From positions 682,001 to 746,000 of the forward strand of contig CM059433.1 in NCBI GenBank assembly GCA_030390025.1: a stretch of DNA of 64,000 nt, in the 5' to 3' direction. Positions 24,422 to 37,126 of the stretch are shown piece by piece. How positions within the stretch are numbered: position 1 is the stretch's first letter; the number at the start of each line of letters is the position of its first letter. Under the pieces are notes generated by a model. It did not search any database. It worked only from the letters and a program-made list of their open reading frames with translations, and was not told where the DNA came from. This stretch comes from Squalus acanthias. Lineage: Eukaryota. The translations under genes were made by a program, and so were the position numbers.

Positions 24422-25447
24422 CATGAATTTAAGATCATTACCAAAAGAATAAAGGGAGAGATTAAAGTATTTTTGTTGTGCATAGGATTGTTAGGGCATG
24501 GAATGCTGTACCAGAAACATTGGTGAAAATAGAACTTTAATAGCTTTTAAAAGGGAAGTGGATAAGTATTTGAAAAATAAAAGAATTAAAAAGGGTATAT
24601 GGGGAAAAGACAGGGAAGGGGTTAGCTATTTCAGAGGGCTGGCACAGAGGGATGGTCTGAATGGCCTCGTTCTGTGCTGTAACATTCTATGATTCTATTG
24701 CACCCATTTTTCATTCAGCACAAGTTGCAGCCAGTTTGCAAAGTCTCACATTTACTCCTGCTTCATTGAGATTCCTTTGCCCAATGAGCACAGTTTGTAA
24801 TTTTGTGAAATCTGACAATTCCAAAATCCACCTTTATACTTAAAGCCATTGCAAAATCATGACTCAATGAGAATCTCCCTCACACTGAAGTCACCCATAG
24901 CCCAATAGCTCTTGCATATCCACTGATATTAGAAGCTTTTCTCTGAGGCTTTCTTGAGAGGTTAGTGCTACTCTAAATGTCATTTTCCACTAGTCAATGA
25001 AACACTTCATTTCTTTTGGCTCAAATAATTTATTTGAACTAATACAGAATTTTATTGACAGTCTTCTGAGCTGCAGGCTTCCCTCTGGTTTTATCACATT
25101 TTGTTTTAACCAGAAAAAACATGTTTAATGCTTATCAATTTTTTCAAATATAATCATTCATAAAATGTGAATCATTATCATCAATGATTTGAAATCTTGA
25201 TGCGCACACAGAAATGTTATGTATATATACATCGCTCATACCTCTCAAACACTATCTTTTGGTTCACAGGCTCATATCTGAGATCAATTAGCAGTTCTGA
25301 AACATTAACTGATTTTCCTCTCTCAGATGCTGATGTGACCTGTTGTTTGTTTCTTGCATTTTCTGCTTTAATTCTAACACTTTGTGATCTTGTCGTGCAG
25401 TCTCAGAAAGAAGCTTGGGTTAGGGTTAGGTTCAAGTTAGTTCTGTC

Positions 25448-25922
25448 TGAGTGTCAGCTGTGGCTCAGTGGGTAGCACACTCGTCTCTGAGTCAGAAGGT
25501 TGTGGGTTCAGGTCCCACTCCAGGGACTTGAGCACATAAAGCTGGGCTGACACTCTAGTGTTGTGCTGAGGGAGTGCTGCACTGTCGGAGGTGCCGTCTT
25601 TCGGATGAGATGTTAAACTGAGGCCCCGTCTGCTCTCTCAGCTGGACGTAAAAGATCCCGGGGGCACTATTTTGAAGAAGAGCAGGGGAGTTCTCCCTGC
25701 TGTCCTGGCCAATATTTATCCCTCAACCAACATCAGTAAAACAGATGATCTGGTCATTATCACATTGCCGTTTGTGGGAGCTTGCTGTGCGCAAATTGGC
25801 TGCCACGTTTCCCACATTACAACAGTGACTCCACTTCAAAAATACTTCATTGGCTGTAAAGCGCTTTGAGACGTCTGGTGGTTGTGAAAGGCGCTATAGA
25901 AATGCAAGTCTTTCTTTTCTTT
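25448..25922 (+). mobile_element. Full-length tRNA-derived SINE with Deu-like core and L2-like tail (SacSINE1-like)
   Basis: A box TGGCTCAGTGG, B box GGTTCAGGTCC; tail AAAGGCGCTATAGAAATGCAAGTCTTTC; copies at 57358 and 60440; family name from recollection. Confidence 0.8.
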
Positions 25923-27507
25923 AAGTATGATTCTGAGCAATATACTGGATGTAACCCACACAGCGAGAACCGAGTGTGTCCTTCAAAGCTCCTTGCTGTG
26001 TTCTGCCCTCGCCTCTGGGTGGTGCTGGTGGACTGGAATCGCCACTGATAATGAATTTGGCTCGAACTGGCTGGCACCAGCTGAAGCTGTCTTGACAGTC
26101 CACATGCTGACAGCCCCACAGAGAACACAGACAAAAGAAACTGCAGAAAGCAGCGGAGCTGGAATGCTTCATCACCAGCAGCTCATCTAGCCCTGGTGAT
26201 TCATCTGCATTGCAGATCCCATCAATTCTCCTGCTGCGACAGCAGCCGGCTGCACGCTGATTAAGGGGGATTCTGTGGCTTAAGGACGGAGGTCTGAACT
26301 GACAAGTGGAATCAGTGGCAAGGGGAAAGAGCAGGATTAGGGGAAACCGGGAGTAAGGGAGGGAATATAATGACTACAGTGTGTCTGCTGATTAGCCTGA
26401 AACTGTATGAGCATTGTATGATGGTTCTCGGAAGCTGCACTAGTCCCTGGACACTCCGCCAATCCATCACCTGTCAAGTAACTGCCGCAAAGGCACTGTG
26501 ACTAAAGAATGTACTAGTGTCCATTGTCCTAATGGTATCAACTCTGGATCTTCCATATTCAACTCCACATATCAATTCTAGTTCTACACTAGCTGTCAAC
26601 AGGACCGAGCTGCTAACTTGTTACTGTTTCTCACGGTTTTTCTTAGCATTTCCTCTTCTTTGGACTACTGAATTTCATTGGCATTTTGTATCATGTCCTT
26701 TCACAGTTAATAGCTTTAGGAGGCTGTTAAACCAGGCCACTCTTGAGCTACAGCTAGCGATGTTTCTGCAGGAACCACCAGCGTATGTTGGTATGAATCT
26801 GAGATGAGCAACAGACTTGTAATCGACCTGCTCTAATTACTAATGACATACTTATTTGACCATTCCCTTTAGCTATCACGTACCCTGAAGTAATAGTAGA
26901 ACTGACGTTAAAACAAATATATATATTTTCTATATTTCTCTAGAGTCTGCTTGCCTCCAGCAAGCTTCCTTCGGCTGGGAGAAGAGGATGATTTCACCCA
27001 TGGACCAGAAGAGCTATTGACAATCATTTGCTTTTGGTTGGGCTAAATGTCAATCTTTCTGATCATCATTGATTTAATGCAAACATGGAACTGCCATCTG
27101 CCTATGGGAGGCGATGAAACCTAACTTCTCGTTAAGAACAACAGGCTGCAGTTGCTTGAGAAATGTTTACTTTGTGTCTCTGATGTTTTAAGTGCAACAG
27201 GAAAAATGTTTTTTTCAGATGATGTTGACTTGTTTTTCTGTAAATACATGGAGAGCTTTACAAACAATCAGTTATTTAAATTAAAGTAAAACCACTGTTT
27301 ACCAGGGTGAGCCAATCACTGAACTGGTAGGGTGAACTCATTAGAACATGGTCAGTTTAATAGGACCACAAGACTTGCTTTGTTCTGGGGGTCCTGAACA
27401 CTCATATATTCTGTCATATAAACTGGTTGAATCCTTGGATCGGAGTTACATTTCTACATGACATTGACTCAGTAAGCAATCTCAGATGCTTAGATCTCAC
27501 TGCAATG

Positions 27508-27630
27508 GTTTTTTTTATTATTCGTTTATGGGATGTGGGCGTCGCTGGCAAGGCCAGCATTTATTGCCCATCCCTAATTGCCCTTGAGAAGGTGGTGGTG
27601 AGCCGCCTTCTTGAACCGCTGCAGTCCGTG
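27508..27630 (-). mobile_element. 3' terminal fragment of the RTEX-like LINE
   Basis: Matches 245-362. Confidence 0.85.
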
Positions 27631-28554
27631 CTGATAGACTGAGGACATCTTAAGCCAAAGCAAATTGGATTTTAATGCCAAGATGAGGCCTATTTGTTAT
27701 TTGGTGTATGCAAATCAGAGAGTAAAGGAATGAAGCCTGACCCTAATGGCTGCGGGTCCCACCATCCATCGCATACGGTGTGTTTTATTGGCTGGAAAAA
27801 TACTTCACACATCTTAAAGAATAAGTGTAATTGTTTTCACTGTTAAAATATATTGCATCTGAAGTTATCATTAATCATTCAAATCGGCACATAATTATTT
27901 CCCATTACATCAACGGTAATAAAGCTATTCATGTGGATACAGACAGACTCCTACCTACTTCAGCAAAGGTTGCCGTCCACATACAACAATATAACCATAA
28001 AAATAAGTGATATATACAATATGAAGTCAATCTGTTATTAATAAAGAACTAGAAGATTTGATTTCTGCCGACAAAATAATGTTTATCTGTATGAGTTAAG
28101 TCTCACTCTTCCGGCTTTTTGTTTTGGGCCCGTGCAGCTTTTAAATTTGCTTTATTATTGTATCTTTATATTTTGTTTTAAGTTAGGACAATAAATATCA
28201 TAGCAGGACCTCAAGCACAAAACTCCTTATGGATGGAATGCAAGTAATGTTGCCCTGACTGCCCCAGAGGTAGCTCCATCTGCTGACTCCAACAGGCAGG
28301 CTCCATTTCCCATCGATCTCACTGTTAAACGGACTGTGGCTACTGGCAGCCACTGATGGTTTCACTTTGATCTTCCTCTGAAGACTGCCAGAAGGGTGCA
28401 CAGGTACAAGCAGGTTTTTGTAGATTTGTATTCTTGTTTCCTTGCTGTTTTTTCCCTTCTCTTTCTACTGGTCACTCAGCACTATGCATCTTTCTTGAGC
28501 CAGGAAGGCAAGGTGCTCTGAGATGTGAGCTTTTCTACCAGACCATTTATCACG

Positions 28555-29160
28555 CAGAATCATAGAATGATACAGTACAGGAGGAGGCCATTAGGCCCAT
28601 CGTGCCTGTGCCGGCTCTTTGAAAGAGCTCTCCGATTAGTCCCACTCCCCCTGCTCTTTCCCCATAGTCCTGCAAATGTTTCCATTTCAACTATTTATCC
28701 AATTCCCTTTTGAAAGTTATTATTGAATCTGCTTCGACCGCCCTTTCAGGCAGCGCATTCCAGATCACAACAACTCACTGTGTAAGCATTTTATTCCTCG
28801 TGTCGCCTCTGGTTCTTTTGCCAGTTAGCTTACTGACCCTTCTCCCAGTGAAAACAGTTTCTTCTTATTTACTCTGTCAAAACCCTTCATGATTTTGAAC
28901 ACTTCTATCAAATCTCCCCTTAACCTTCTTTGCTCTAAGGAGAACAACCCCAGTTTCTCTACTCTCTCCACGTAACTGAAGTCTTTCATTCCTGGTACCA
29001 TAATTGGCCACAATACTCCAGCTGGGCCTAACCAGTGTTTTATAAAGGTTTAGGATAAATTCCTTGCTTTTTTATTCTATGCCTCTATTAATAAAGCTAA
29101 AGATCCTGTTTGCCTTTTTAAAAGCCTTCTCAATTTATCCTACCACCTTGAAAGACTTGT
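28555..29160 (-). mobile_element. CR1 3' fragment
   Basis: LGLFSLEQRRLRGDLIEVFKI; tail AGAATCATAGAAT. Confidence 0.85.
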
Positions 29161-29164
29161 GTAC

Positions 29165-29478
29165 GTACCAAACGCAGATTGGGTGACCGCTTTGCAGAAC
29201 ACCTCCATTCAGTCAGAGCTTCCGGTCACCTGTCACTTTAATTCTCCGCTCCACTCCCACTCTGACCTCTCCGTCCTCGGCCTCTTACACTGCTCCAATG
29301 AAGGGAGGAGGTCAAAATCTGTTACATCTCTAACATTTTCCAGGTCTGACGAAGGGTCATCGACCTGAAACGTTGACTCTGTTTCTCTCTCCACAGATGC
29401 TGCCTGGCCTGCTGAGTATTTCCAGCATTTTCAGCTTTTATTTCAGATTTCCAGCATCCGCAGTATTTTGCTTTTGTA
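29165..29478 (+). mobile_element. Penelope-like 3' end/pLTR fragment
   Basis: Matches the reverse complement of 51250-51100 and 50750-50595. Confidence 0.85.
29342..29378 (+). ncRNA. Minimal type I hammerhead ribozyme motif
   Basis: CTGACGA-AGGGTCATCGACCT-GAAA-CGTT; stem I imperfect in this copy. Confidence 0.6.
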
Positions 29479-29564
29479 TCATTCTCTGCATTGTTGGGTG
29501 TGCAGCTGCCTCAACAACCATAAGAGGAAGGACAAGGAGAAGGAGAACTTATTTACAAATCCTG

Positions 29565-29980
29565 ATGGCAGATCGCCGCCCCAGGGAGAGGGCCCGGAGG
29601 TTTTCAGATGAAGCTTTGGAGACATTGGTTTTAGCGGTGGAGAGAAGGCGGGCGGTCCTGTACCCGTCAACTGGCAGGAGGTCCTCGCCACAAGTCTGCC
29701 GCACTATGTGGAGGGAGGTGGCACACCATGTCATGGGCAACACTGTGGTCCCCAGGACCCACACACAGTGCAGGAAGAAGTTTAACAAACTTACACGGGT
29801 GGTCACGGTGAGTGAAGGCTTCAACAAATGCTACATACCACCATCTGTACCACAAGCTTCACACACAGCTCAATGCACCACACTCCCAGCACTCACCCAC
29901 CAACAATCTCTACCTAGCAACACTCACACCCACATCTCACACCTTGCACACAATGACAGCTATTCAACTATGGCAGGCAC
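29565..29980 (+). pseudogene. Orphan Harbinger Myb/SANT exon 1 (29565-29807) plus partial intron
   Basis: 81 codons closely similar to 33692-33450, followed by GTGAGT and homologous intron sequence. Confidence 0.85.
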
Positions 29981-30489
29981 AAGGTTCATTAGTTATTAGA
30001 ATTCATGTGATATGCATAATATGTTTATAGATAAAGGGGGAGAAATTCGGTATCTTAACGCCTCCAGTTAGCACCTGGCGGGGGTGCTAACAGGACGCTG
30101 AAGCAGTAGTGGCGCGGCGAGGCAAATCCAGCACCACATGCCAAATTCATCCCCCCCGTAGCGCAGCTGCTACGAGCAACGCTCACTGGGCGCCCGATCT
30201 GCCAAATTGAGTATCGCCCCCTATCTTAGCGCCTGGTATCGATGGCGACAGGGAGAGGAGGCATCAAGCAGGCGGAAGCTGGCTCCAGGGGCGCTATTTA
30301 ACAGGATCATTAGTAATGAGTCGCAGCTCTCGGGTTAGTGCTGTTTCACTGCTTCCTTGTCAGTTTGAGATAGTTCAAGTGTTGAATTCAGTCATTCAAA
30401 GGTTGTTTAGTCTCCGGAGTGTTGCGGCTTCTAAAAGTTAGTTACATTTATTCTCACAAAATATCAAAGTGCTGCACTTCCTTACATTA

Positions 30490-31636
30490 ATGGGGGCTGT
30501 ACTGGCAGTCGAACTCGCCCTCCAGGATCTACAGCGGAGGGAGCGCAGGCAGCGAGAAAGATTGGAACATGTGGCCAGAGGGAGGAGGAGGGCCATCAGG
30601 CTCTCAACAGGAGGCCTTACCCTCCGAGGGTATTCCGTGAGCACCTCTCCTACCTCCAATTAAACGAGGAGCAGTGTATTAGAAGACTCCACTTCACCAA
30701 GGAGGTGGTCACAGAACTCTGCCACCTCCTGCAACCAGACCTCGAGCCTCAGATCAGGATGAGGACAGCTCTCTCAGTCGCAGTCAAGGTCACCATGGCC
30801 CTCAATTTCTTCACCTCGGATCCTTCCAGTTTGCAACAGGAGATATAGCTAACATCTCGCAGTTCGTCTTCCATCGCTGTATCCGGGAGGTCACAGAGGC
30901 TCTCTACAGTAGGAGAAGGGACTACATTTCCTTCCCCATCACCAGAGAGAAGCAGGACGAGGGTGCATGTGGCTTTGCCAGGATAGCGGGATTCTTCATG
31001 GTGCAGGGCGCCATTGACTGCACCCACGTGGCTTTGTGGGCACCGCATAACAATCCTGAGATCTTCCGTAACCGCAAAGGCTACCACTCACTTAATGTCC
31101 AGTTGGTGTGTGGCCAAACTCAGTGAATCCTCAGCCACGATGCCTTCATCCTGCGCCAGACCGGTGTGCCAGCACTCTCCCAGCCACCACATCAAGCTTG
31201 CGGCTGGCTGCTCGGAGACAAGGGCTATCCGCTCTCCACCTGGCTCATGACTCCCCTCTACAACCCCAACTCTCCTGCCCAGCACTCATATAACAACAGC
31301 CATGCTGCCACCAGGAACATCATTGAGCAGACCATCGGGGTGCTCAAGCAATGGTTCCGCTGCCTTGACTGCTCGGGAGGAGCCCTCCAGGACTCGGCTG
31401 AGCGGGTGTCCCATTTCGTCGTGGTGTGCTGCATGCTCCACAATCTGGCCATCATGGGGGCCCAGCCCTTGTCACCAGGGATTGCGGGACCACCTCAGGA
31501 GGAGGGAGAGGATGACGATGAGGAGGACGAGGAAGACAAGGAGCAGGAGGAACAGGAGCGAGGGAAGAGGCGGCCACTCAATCGGCCTTCCGGAAGGGCG
31601 GTCCGTGATTGCCTCATCAGACTGCGGTTCCAATAA
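30490..31636 (+). pseudogene. Harbinger transposase, frameshifted and internally deleted
   Basis: [46 protein letters not shown] spread over several frames. Confidence 0.9.
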
Positions 31637-31801
31637 ATTAAACCCCAGATCCCCATTGCTCACCACATCACTATCATTCCATCCCTGTCGCAGATCTTAT
31701 CACAGGGCAAAGCTGAAATAAGAGCCAGTACAAAATTATCCAAAGTGAATTAATAAATTTATCAATAATCAGTGAACACATCTTTACAACAACAATATTA
31801 A

Positions 31802-33692
31802 CTATTCACCCTTGTGCAATCCCTTAGTGCCCCTCGTTACTGTGCCTTTGCCTACCCTAGCGCTCCTACGAAGTGTTGGCCCAGTGGCTGCAGCAGGGCT
31901 GGTGGAAGGCTGCCGAGTGTCCGTGCGGGAGACTTCAGATGACCTTGCAGGACGCCCTCGACCAGCTCTGGGCCTAGAAGGCCCGGCTGTAGACTGCAGC
32001 ACCTCAGCTTGGGCGGCAGCAGTCTAGGATGGCTGGATGACAGGCAGCGACAAGGGCAATGGCGGAGTGGCAGTGGTGGGAGCAGGAATGCTGTCATCCT
32101 GGGAGAGGACAGCAGCTTCCTGCTCCACTGACCCACTGCCACTCCCCCGGGGCAGCACCTCAGCATCACTACCAATCTGTTGGAGCACAGATTGCTGGCC
32201 TGCTGCGACACCATGAAAGCCCCGGTCAATGGTGGTCGACCCAGCCACGATGGCAATAGAGTTTGTGTGGCATCAAGCTGAGACTGCATGAGAGCAGTCT
32301 GAGATTGAATGGCACCAGCCATAGACTGCATTACAGCACTAAGACATTGCGTCGCTTCCACCTGTGCTGCAATGGAAGCTGCGACATCGCCCATCACATG
32401 CGGCATCAGGTCTGGGTTGCCACGGTCTCTCTGGGAGTCTACCATCCTTTGCAGACTGGAAATGATGGGCTCCATGTTGTGCGCAGAACCTTGTGCAATG
32501 TTGGAGGGGGACTCCTCCACGCTCCTTACCATTGCCGAGAAGCTCTTGGGCATCCTTGCCATTGCACCTATGATCTCCGTTTGCATGCCCATCACCCTTC
32601 TTCTAAAGGCCTCCCCATCGAGGTCCTCATCTGAGTCCTGTGCAGCAGAAATCGCGCGTGAACTCGCCCTCCGGGGAGCTGGCCCCCGAGCTACCCTTTC
32701 CCCCTGGCCTTGCTGTGGCCCGCTCGTCCCCGTTTCTTCACTCTGTGCGGATCCCGCTACTATACTAGCCTCTAAAGAACGTGTAGTGCCAGTATCTAAG
32801 CTGGTGTCTGCGGGTGAGACATGCAGTGACGCGGTGTCTTCGTCATCCTCTTCTCCCACCTCGCTCTCAACGGTGCCCTCAGGGACAGGCTGCTCAGGTG
32901 CTTGCTGATTATCTGAAAGCATAAAGTCACAAGAGTCGAGTTAAGGTGAGGGGAGGGGGGCAGGAAGGGAGAAATGCATGCATGCAGCATGATTAGCTGG
33001 AAAGTGCAAAATGCTTGTGGGGTGAGGGGGAAGTGTGATGTGAGAAGAAGGAGTAAGGATGAACATACCATTATTGTCACCAAGGGGGTCAATGTCGCCG
33101 GTGACCATGGCGCCCACCACCTGGCGCCCAATAATCTCCAGCACTCGATTCTCCAGCGCAGACAGTGGTTGGGTGTCGGCTTGTCCCCTGCCTGTGCGCT
33201 CCTACTCCCTCCTGTTGTGAGCCACCTTGGCCTGCAAGAGAAAGGAAAGTGTGTGAGTGAGTGCGGAGCAATATGTTTGGGTGATGTGCCTGCCATAGTT
33301 GAATAGCTGTCATTGTGTGAGATGTGGGTTTGAGTGTTGGTAGGTAAAGATTGTTGGTGGGTGAGTGCTGGGGGTGTGGTGCTATGGCCAGTGTGTGCAG
33401 ACTGTGGTTCAGACGATGGTATGCAGCATTTGTTGAGGCATTGACTCACCCTGACCACCCGAGTGAGGTCGTTAAATTTCTTCCTGCACTGTGTGTGGGT
33501 CCTGGGGACCACAGTGCTACCCGAGACCTGCTGGGCTACCTCCCTCCACATGGCGTGGAAGACTTGCGGCGAAGGCCTCCTGCCACTTGTCGGGTAGAGC
33601 ACCGCCCTCCGTCTCGCCACAGTGAAGACCAACGCCTCCAATGCCTGGTCTGAAAATCTGCGGACTCTCTCCCTGCATCGTGGATCTGCCAT
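31802..33692 (-). pseudogene. Harbinger Myb/SANT gene; exons 33692-33450, 33231-33069, 32912-31802
   Basis: Same splice phases as the other copies; TAG in exon 2, frameshift near 32255 and stop near 32024. Confidence 0.8.
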
Positions 33693-34067
33693 GAGTACAG
33701 CTGGTTGAGTCGTCCGGCTCCTTGGGCTTGACCTGCTCCTGCTTGCTGACACAGGTTCACAGGCAGCAATGCTGAGAATGAGATTCTGCAGCATGAATAA
33801 ACCTCCCCTTCAAGAACTGGAAAGAGCCTGTGGCAATGATGATTTGCGATTAGACTGTACCTGATATTGGTTAGCGCTTTGAGTCAAACGCCACGGAGCT
33901 AGGTCATTAGTACTTGATTTAGTGCACCCATCCTTTCTTTCAGTGATGACACTGAATTTTGCATGCAGCGAGATTCATTAGTGCCTGGCGCTAAATCTCA
34001 AACTTTTCCAAAGTTAGCGCCCATTCCTGGGCTATAATGAGTTATTAATTGTGTTTGTCATTTCACT

Positions 34068-35353
34068 TTTTTTATTCGCTTATGGGATCTGGGCATCGCT
34101 GGCAAGCCAAGCATTTATTGCCCATCCCTTGAGAAGGTGGTGGTGAGCTGCCTTCTTGAACCGCTGCAGTCCGTGTGGTGAAGGTACTCCCACAGTGCTG
34201 TTAGGTAGGGAGTTCCAGGATTTTGACCCAGCGACGATGGTGTGTGACTTGGAGGGGAACTTGGAGGTGGTGGTGTTCCCATGCGTCTGCTGCCCTTGTC
34301 CTTCTAGGTGGTAGACGTCGTGGGTTTGGGAGGCGCTGCCGAAGAAGCCTTGGCGAATTGCTGCAGTGCATCTTGTCGATGGTACACACTGCAGCCACAT
34401 TACGCCACTGGTGGAGGGAGTGAATGTTTAAAGTGGTGGATGGGCTGCCAATCAAGCGGGCTGCTTTGTCCTGGACGGTGTCGAGCTTCTTGAGTGTTGG
34501 AGCTGCACTCATCCAGGCAAGTGGAGAGTATTCCATCACACTCCTTACTTGTGCCTTGTAGATGGTGGAAAGGCTTTGGGGAGTCAGGAGGTGAGACACT
34601 CACCACAGAATACCTAGCCTCTGACCTGCTCTTGTTGCCACAGTATTTATGTGGCTGGTCTAGTTAAGTTTTTGGTCAATGGTGACCCCCAGGATGTTGA
34701 TGGTGGGGGATTCGGCGATGGTAATGCCATTGAATGTCAAGGGGAGGTGGTTAGACTCTCGCTTGTTGGAGATAGTCATTGCCTGGCACTTCTGTGGCGC
34801 GAATGTTACCTGCCACTTATCAGCCCAAGCCTGAACGTCGTCCAGGCCTTGCTGCATGCGGGCATAAGAACATAAGAACATAAGAAATAGGAGCAGGAGT
34901 AGGCCAATTGGCCCTTCGAGCCTGCTCCGCCATTCAATAAGATCATGGCTGATCTGATCCTCACCTCAAATCTAAAGAACACAAGAAGTAGGAGCAGGAC
35001 CCGGCCACTCAGCCCCTGGGCCCGCTACGCCACCCACAGGGCCTCGACCGATCCGAACTCAGCCTCATGTCCAATTTCCTGCCCGCTCCCCGTAACCCCT
35101 AATTCCCTTTACTTCTAGGAAACTGTCTATTTCAAGCATGGACTGCTTCATTATCTGAAGAGTTGCGAATGGCACTGAACACTGTGCAGTCATCAGCGAA
35201 CATCCCCATTTCTGACCTTATGTTGGAGGGAAGGTCATTGATGAAGCAGCTGAAGATAGTTGGGCCTAGGACACTGCCCTGAGGAACTCCTACAGCGATG
35301 TCCTGGGGCTGAGATGATTGACCTTCAACCAACTCAACCATCTTCCTTTGTGC
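34068..35353 (-). mobile_element. RTEX-like LINE copy interrupted at 34866-35135
   Basis: [25 protein letters not shown]; same family as 245-1627. Confidence 0.88.
34866..35135 (-). mobile_element. Short CR1 3' insertion made of two different 3' UTRs in tandem
   Basis: GCAT duplicated at 34862-34865 and 35136-35139; tails AAGAACATAAGAA.. and AAGAACACAAGAAGTAGGAGCAGG. Confidence 0.7.
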
Positions 35354-36977
35354 CCAGGAGGATGCTGTGAGATGGCGGAGACAGGGATTGTATGATGGGG
35401 ATGTGGTGAGCTACGGGCATCTGGGGTTTCATTCATGTGAATCAGAGTCTGGTGAGCCGGTCACGGACAGCCCGTCCGGTAGGCCAATTGTCTCGCTGCC
35501 TCCGCACCCTCTGCCGTAGATCCTGGAGGGTGAGGTCCACGGCCAGTACAGCCCCCCATGACTTTTAGCTAGTGTTGTAGGTTGGAGCTTTTCAGAAATA
35601 ATTATGGAGTTTTGTACTTGCCACAACACTCCCTGATACCAAAGAACCTTCAAATGAATAAAGAAAACACTTGCAGTAGCAGGAAGTAGCCACTCAAACT
35701 TCAAAACCCTGTCAGCTCTGAGTGATTGGTGAGGATCCCTTTAAATAGCAGCGCTCGAGCTGCTGCACGCCATCTGAAGCTGTGATTGTTTTCTCCAGCC
35801 GGTAAGTTAATTGGCTGTAACGAAGTTGGGAGATCATAAGAACATATAGAACATAAGAAATAGGAGCAGGAGTCGGCCATTTTGCCCCTCGAGCTTGCTC
35901 CGCCATTCAATAAGATCATGGCTGATCTTCTACCTTATCTCCACTTTCCTGCACTATCCCCATATCCCTTGATTCCCTTAATATTCAAAAATCTATTGAT
36001 CTCTGTCTTGAATATACTCAACGACTGAGCCTCCACAGCCCTCTGGGGTAGAGAATTCCAAAGATTCACCACCCTCTGAGCGAAGAAATTTCTCCTCATC
36101 TCTGTCCTAAATGGCCGACCCCTTATTCTGAGACTGTGACCCCTGGTTCTAGACTCCCCAGCCAGGGGAAACATCCTCCCTGCATTTACCCTGTCAAGAC
36201 CTTTAAGAATTTTGTATGTTTCAATGAGATTACCTCTCATTCTTCTAAACTCTAGAGAATATAGGCCTAGTCTACTCAATCTCTCCTCATAGGACAATCC
36301 CCTCATCCCAGGAACCAGTCTGGTGAACTTTCGTTGCACTCCCTCAATGGCAAGTATATCCTTCCTTAGGTAAGGAGACCAAAACTGAACACAATACTCC
36401 AGGTGTGGTCTCACCAAGGCCCTATACAATTGCAGTAAGACGTCTTTACTCTTATATTCAAATCCTTTTGTAATAAAGATCAACATACCATTTGTTTTCC
36501 TAATTGCTTGCTGTACCTACATATTAACTTTCAGCGATTCGTGTACCAGGACACCCAGGTCCTTCTGAACAACAAAAAGTACTTGGATATGCACTTGAAT
36601 TGCCGTAACCTACAAGGATACGGACCAAGTGCTGGAAAGTGGGATTAGGCTGGATAGCTCTTTGTCGGCCGGCACGGACAAGATGGGCCGAATGGCCTCC
36701 TTCTGTGCTGTAAATTTCTATGATTCTATGAACAACATTTCCCAATCTCTCACCATTTAAAAAATACTCTGCATTTCTATTTTTCATACCAAAGTGGATC
36801 AGAGTTGCACACTCACTGACGTCACGATCTCCATGATGGCGAGGTCCCCGGCGATCACGTTCAGCGGCAGCGCTACCGGCAACACCGATATGGCATGCGG
36901 CGCTGGAACCGGCATCAGATGGCGTTAAAGCTCTCAGTGGCATCAAAGGGTGACGCAAAGCACACAAATTTCTCCCC
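35345..36977 (-). mobile_element. Internally deleted Harbinger derivative split by a CR1 (pieces 35345-35835 and 36800-36977)
   Basis: TIR GGGGAGAAATT at 36977; transposase start (homologous to 30490) joined directly to transposase end (homologous to 31575/63545). Confidence 0.7.
35836..36800 (-). mobile_element. CR1 3' portion with a nested opposite-strand CR1 tail at about 36575-36730
   Basis: ORF 35935-36486; the nested piece matches 22450-22607. Confidence 0.88.
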
Positions 36978-37126
36978 TTTGTTCCTGCACCCTCTTCAAA
37001 ATTTTACCATTTAGTTTATATTACCTCTCCTCATTCTTCGCACTTCTCTGCGTTAAATTTTATCTCCCATGTCTCTGCCCATTTCACTGGTGTGCCTATG
37101 TCCTCCTGAGGTTTGTTACAAAAGGA

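Larger units (their letters stand above)
17870..24697 (+). mobile_element. Old CR1 3' portion split by three DNA-transposon insertions
   Basis: EEQRDL.V...GILGFINRGIEYKSKE (17894-18190) continues at 18325-18353, 23313-23528 and 24425-24697 (tail ATTCTATGATTCTA). Confidence 0.8.
30036..34040. mobile_element. PIF/Harbinger transposon, degenerate (right TIR not clearly seen)
   Basis: Left end GGGGGAGAAATTCGG; convergent transposase and Myb genes. Confidence 0.85.

Noticed and set aside
25448..25525. tRNA gene
   Set aside because: It is the head of a SINE continuing into a repeated body and tail
28207..28356. Short open frame with a PIDLT (CtBP-like) motif as a host exon
   Set aside because: Weak acceptor, early stop and no other support
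32796..33794. 332-aa unspliced Myb ORF
   Set aside because: It reads through intron 1 by chance; the true exon-2 frame has a TAG
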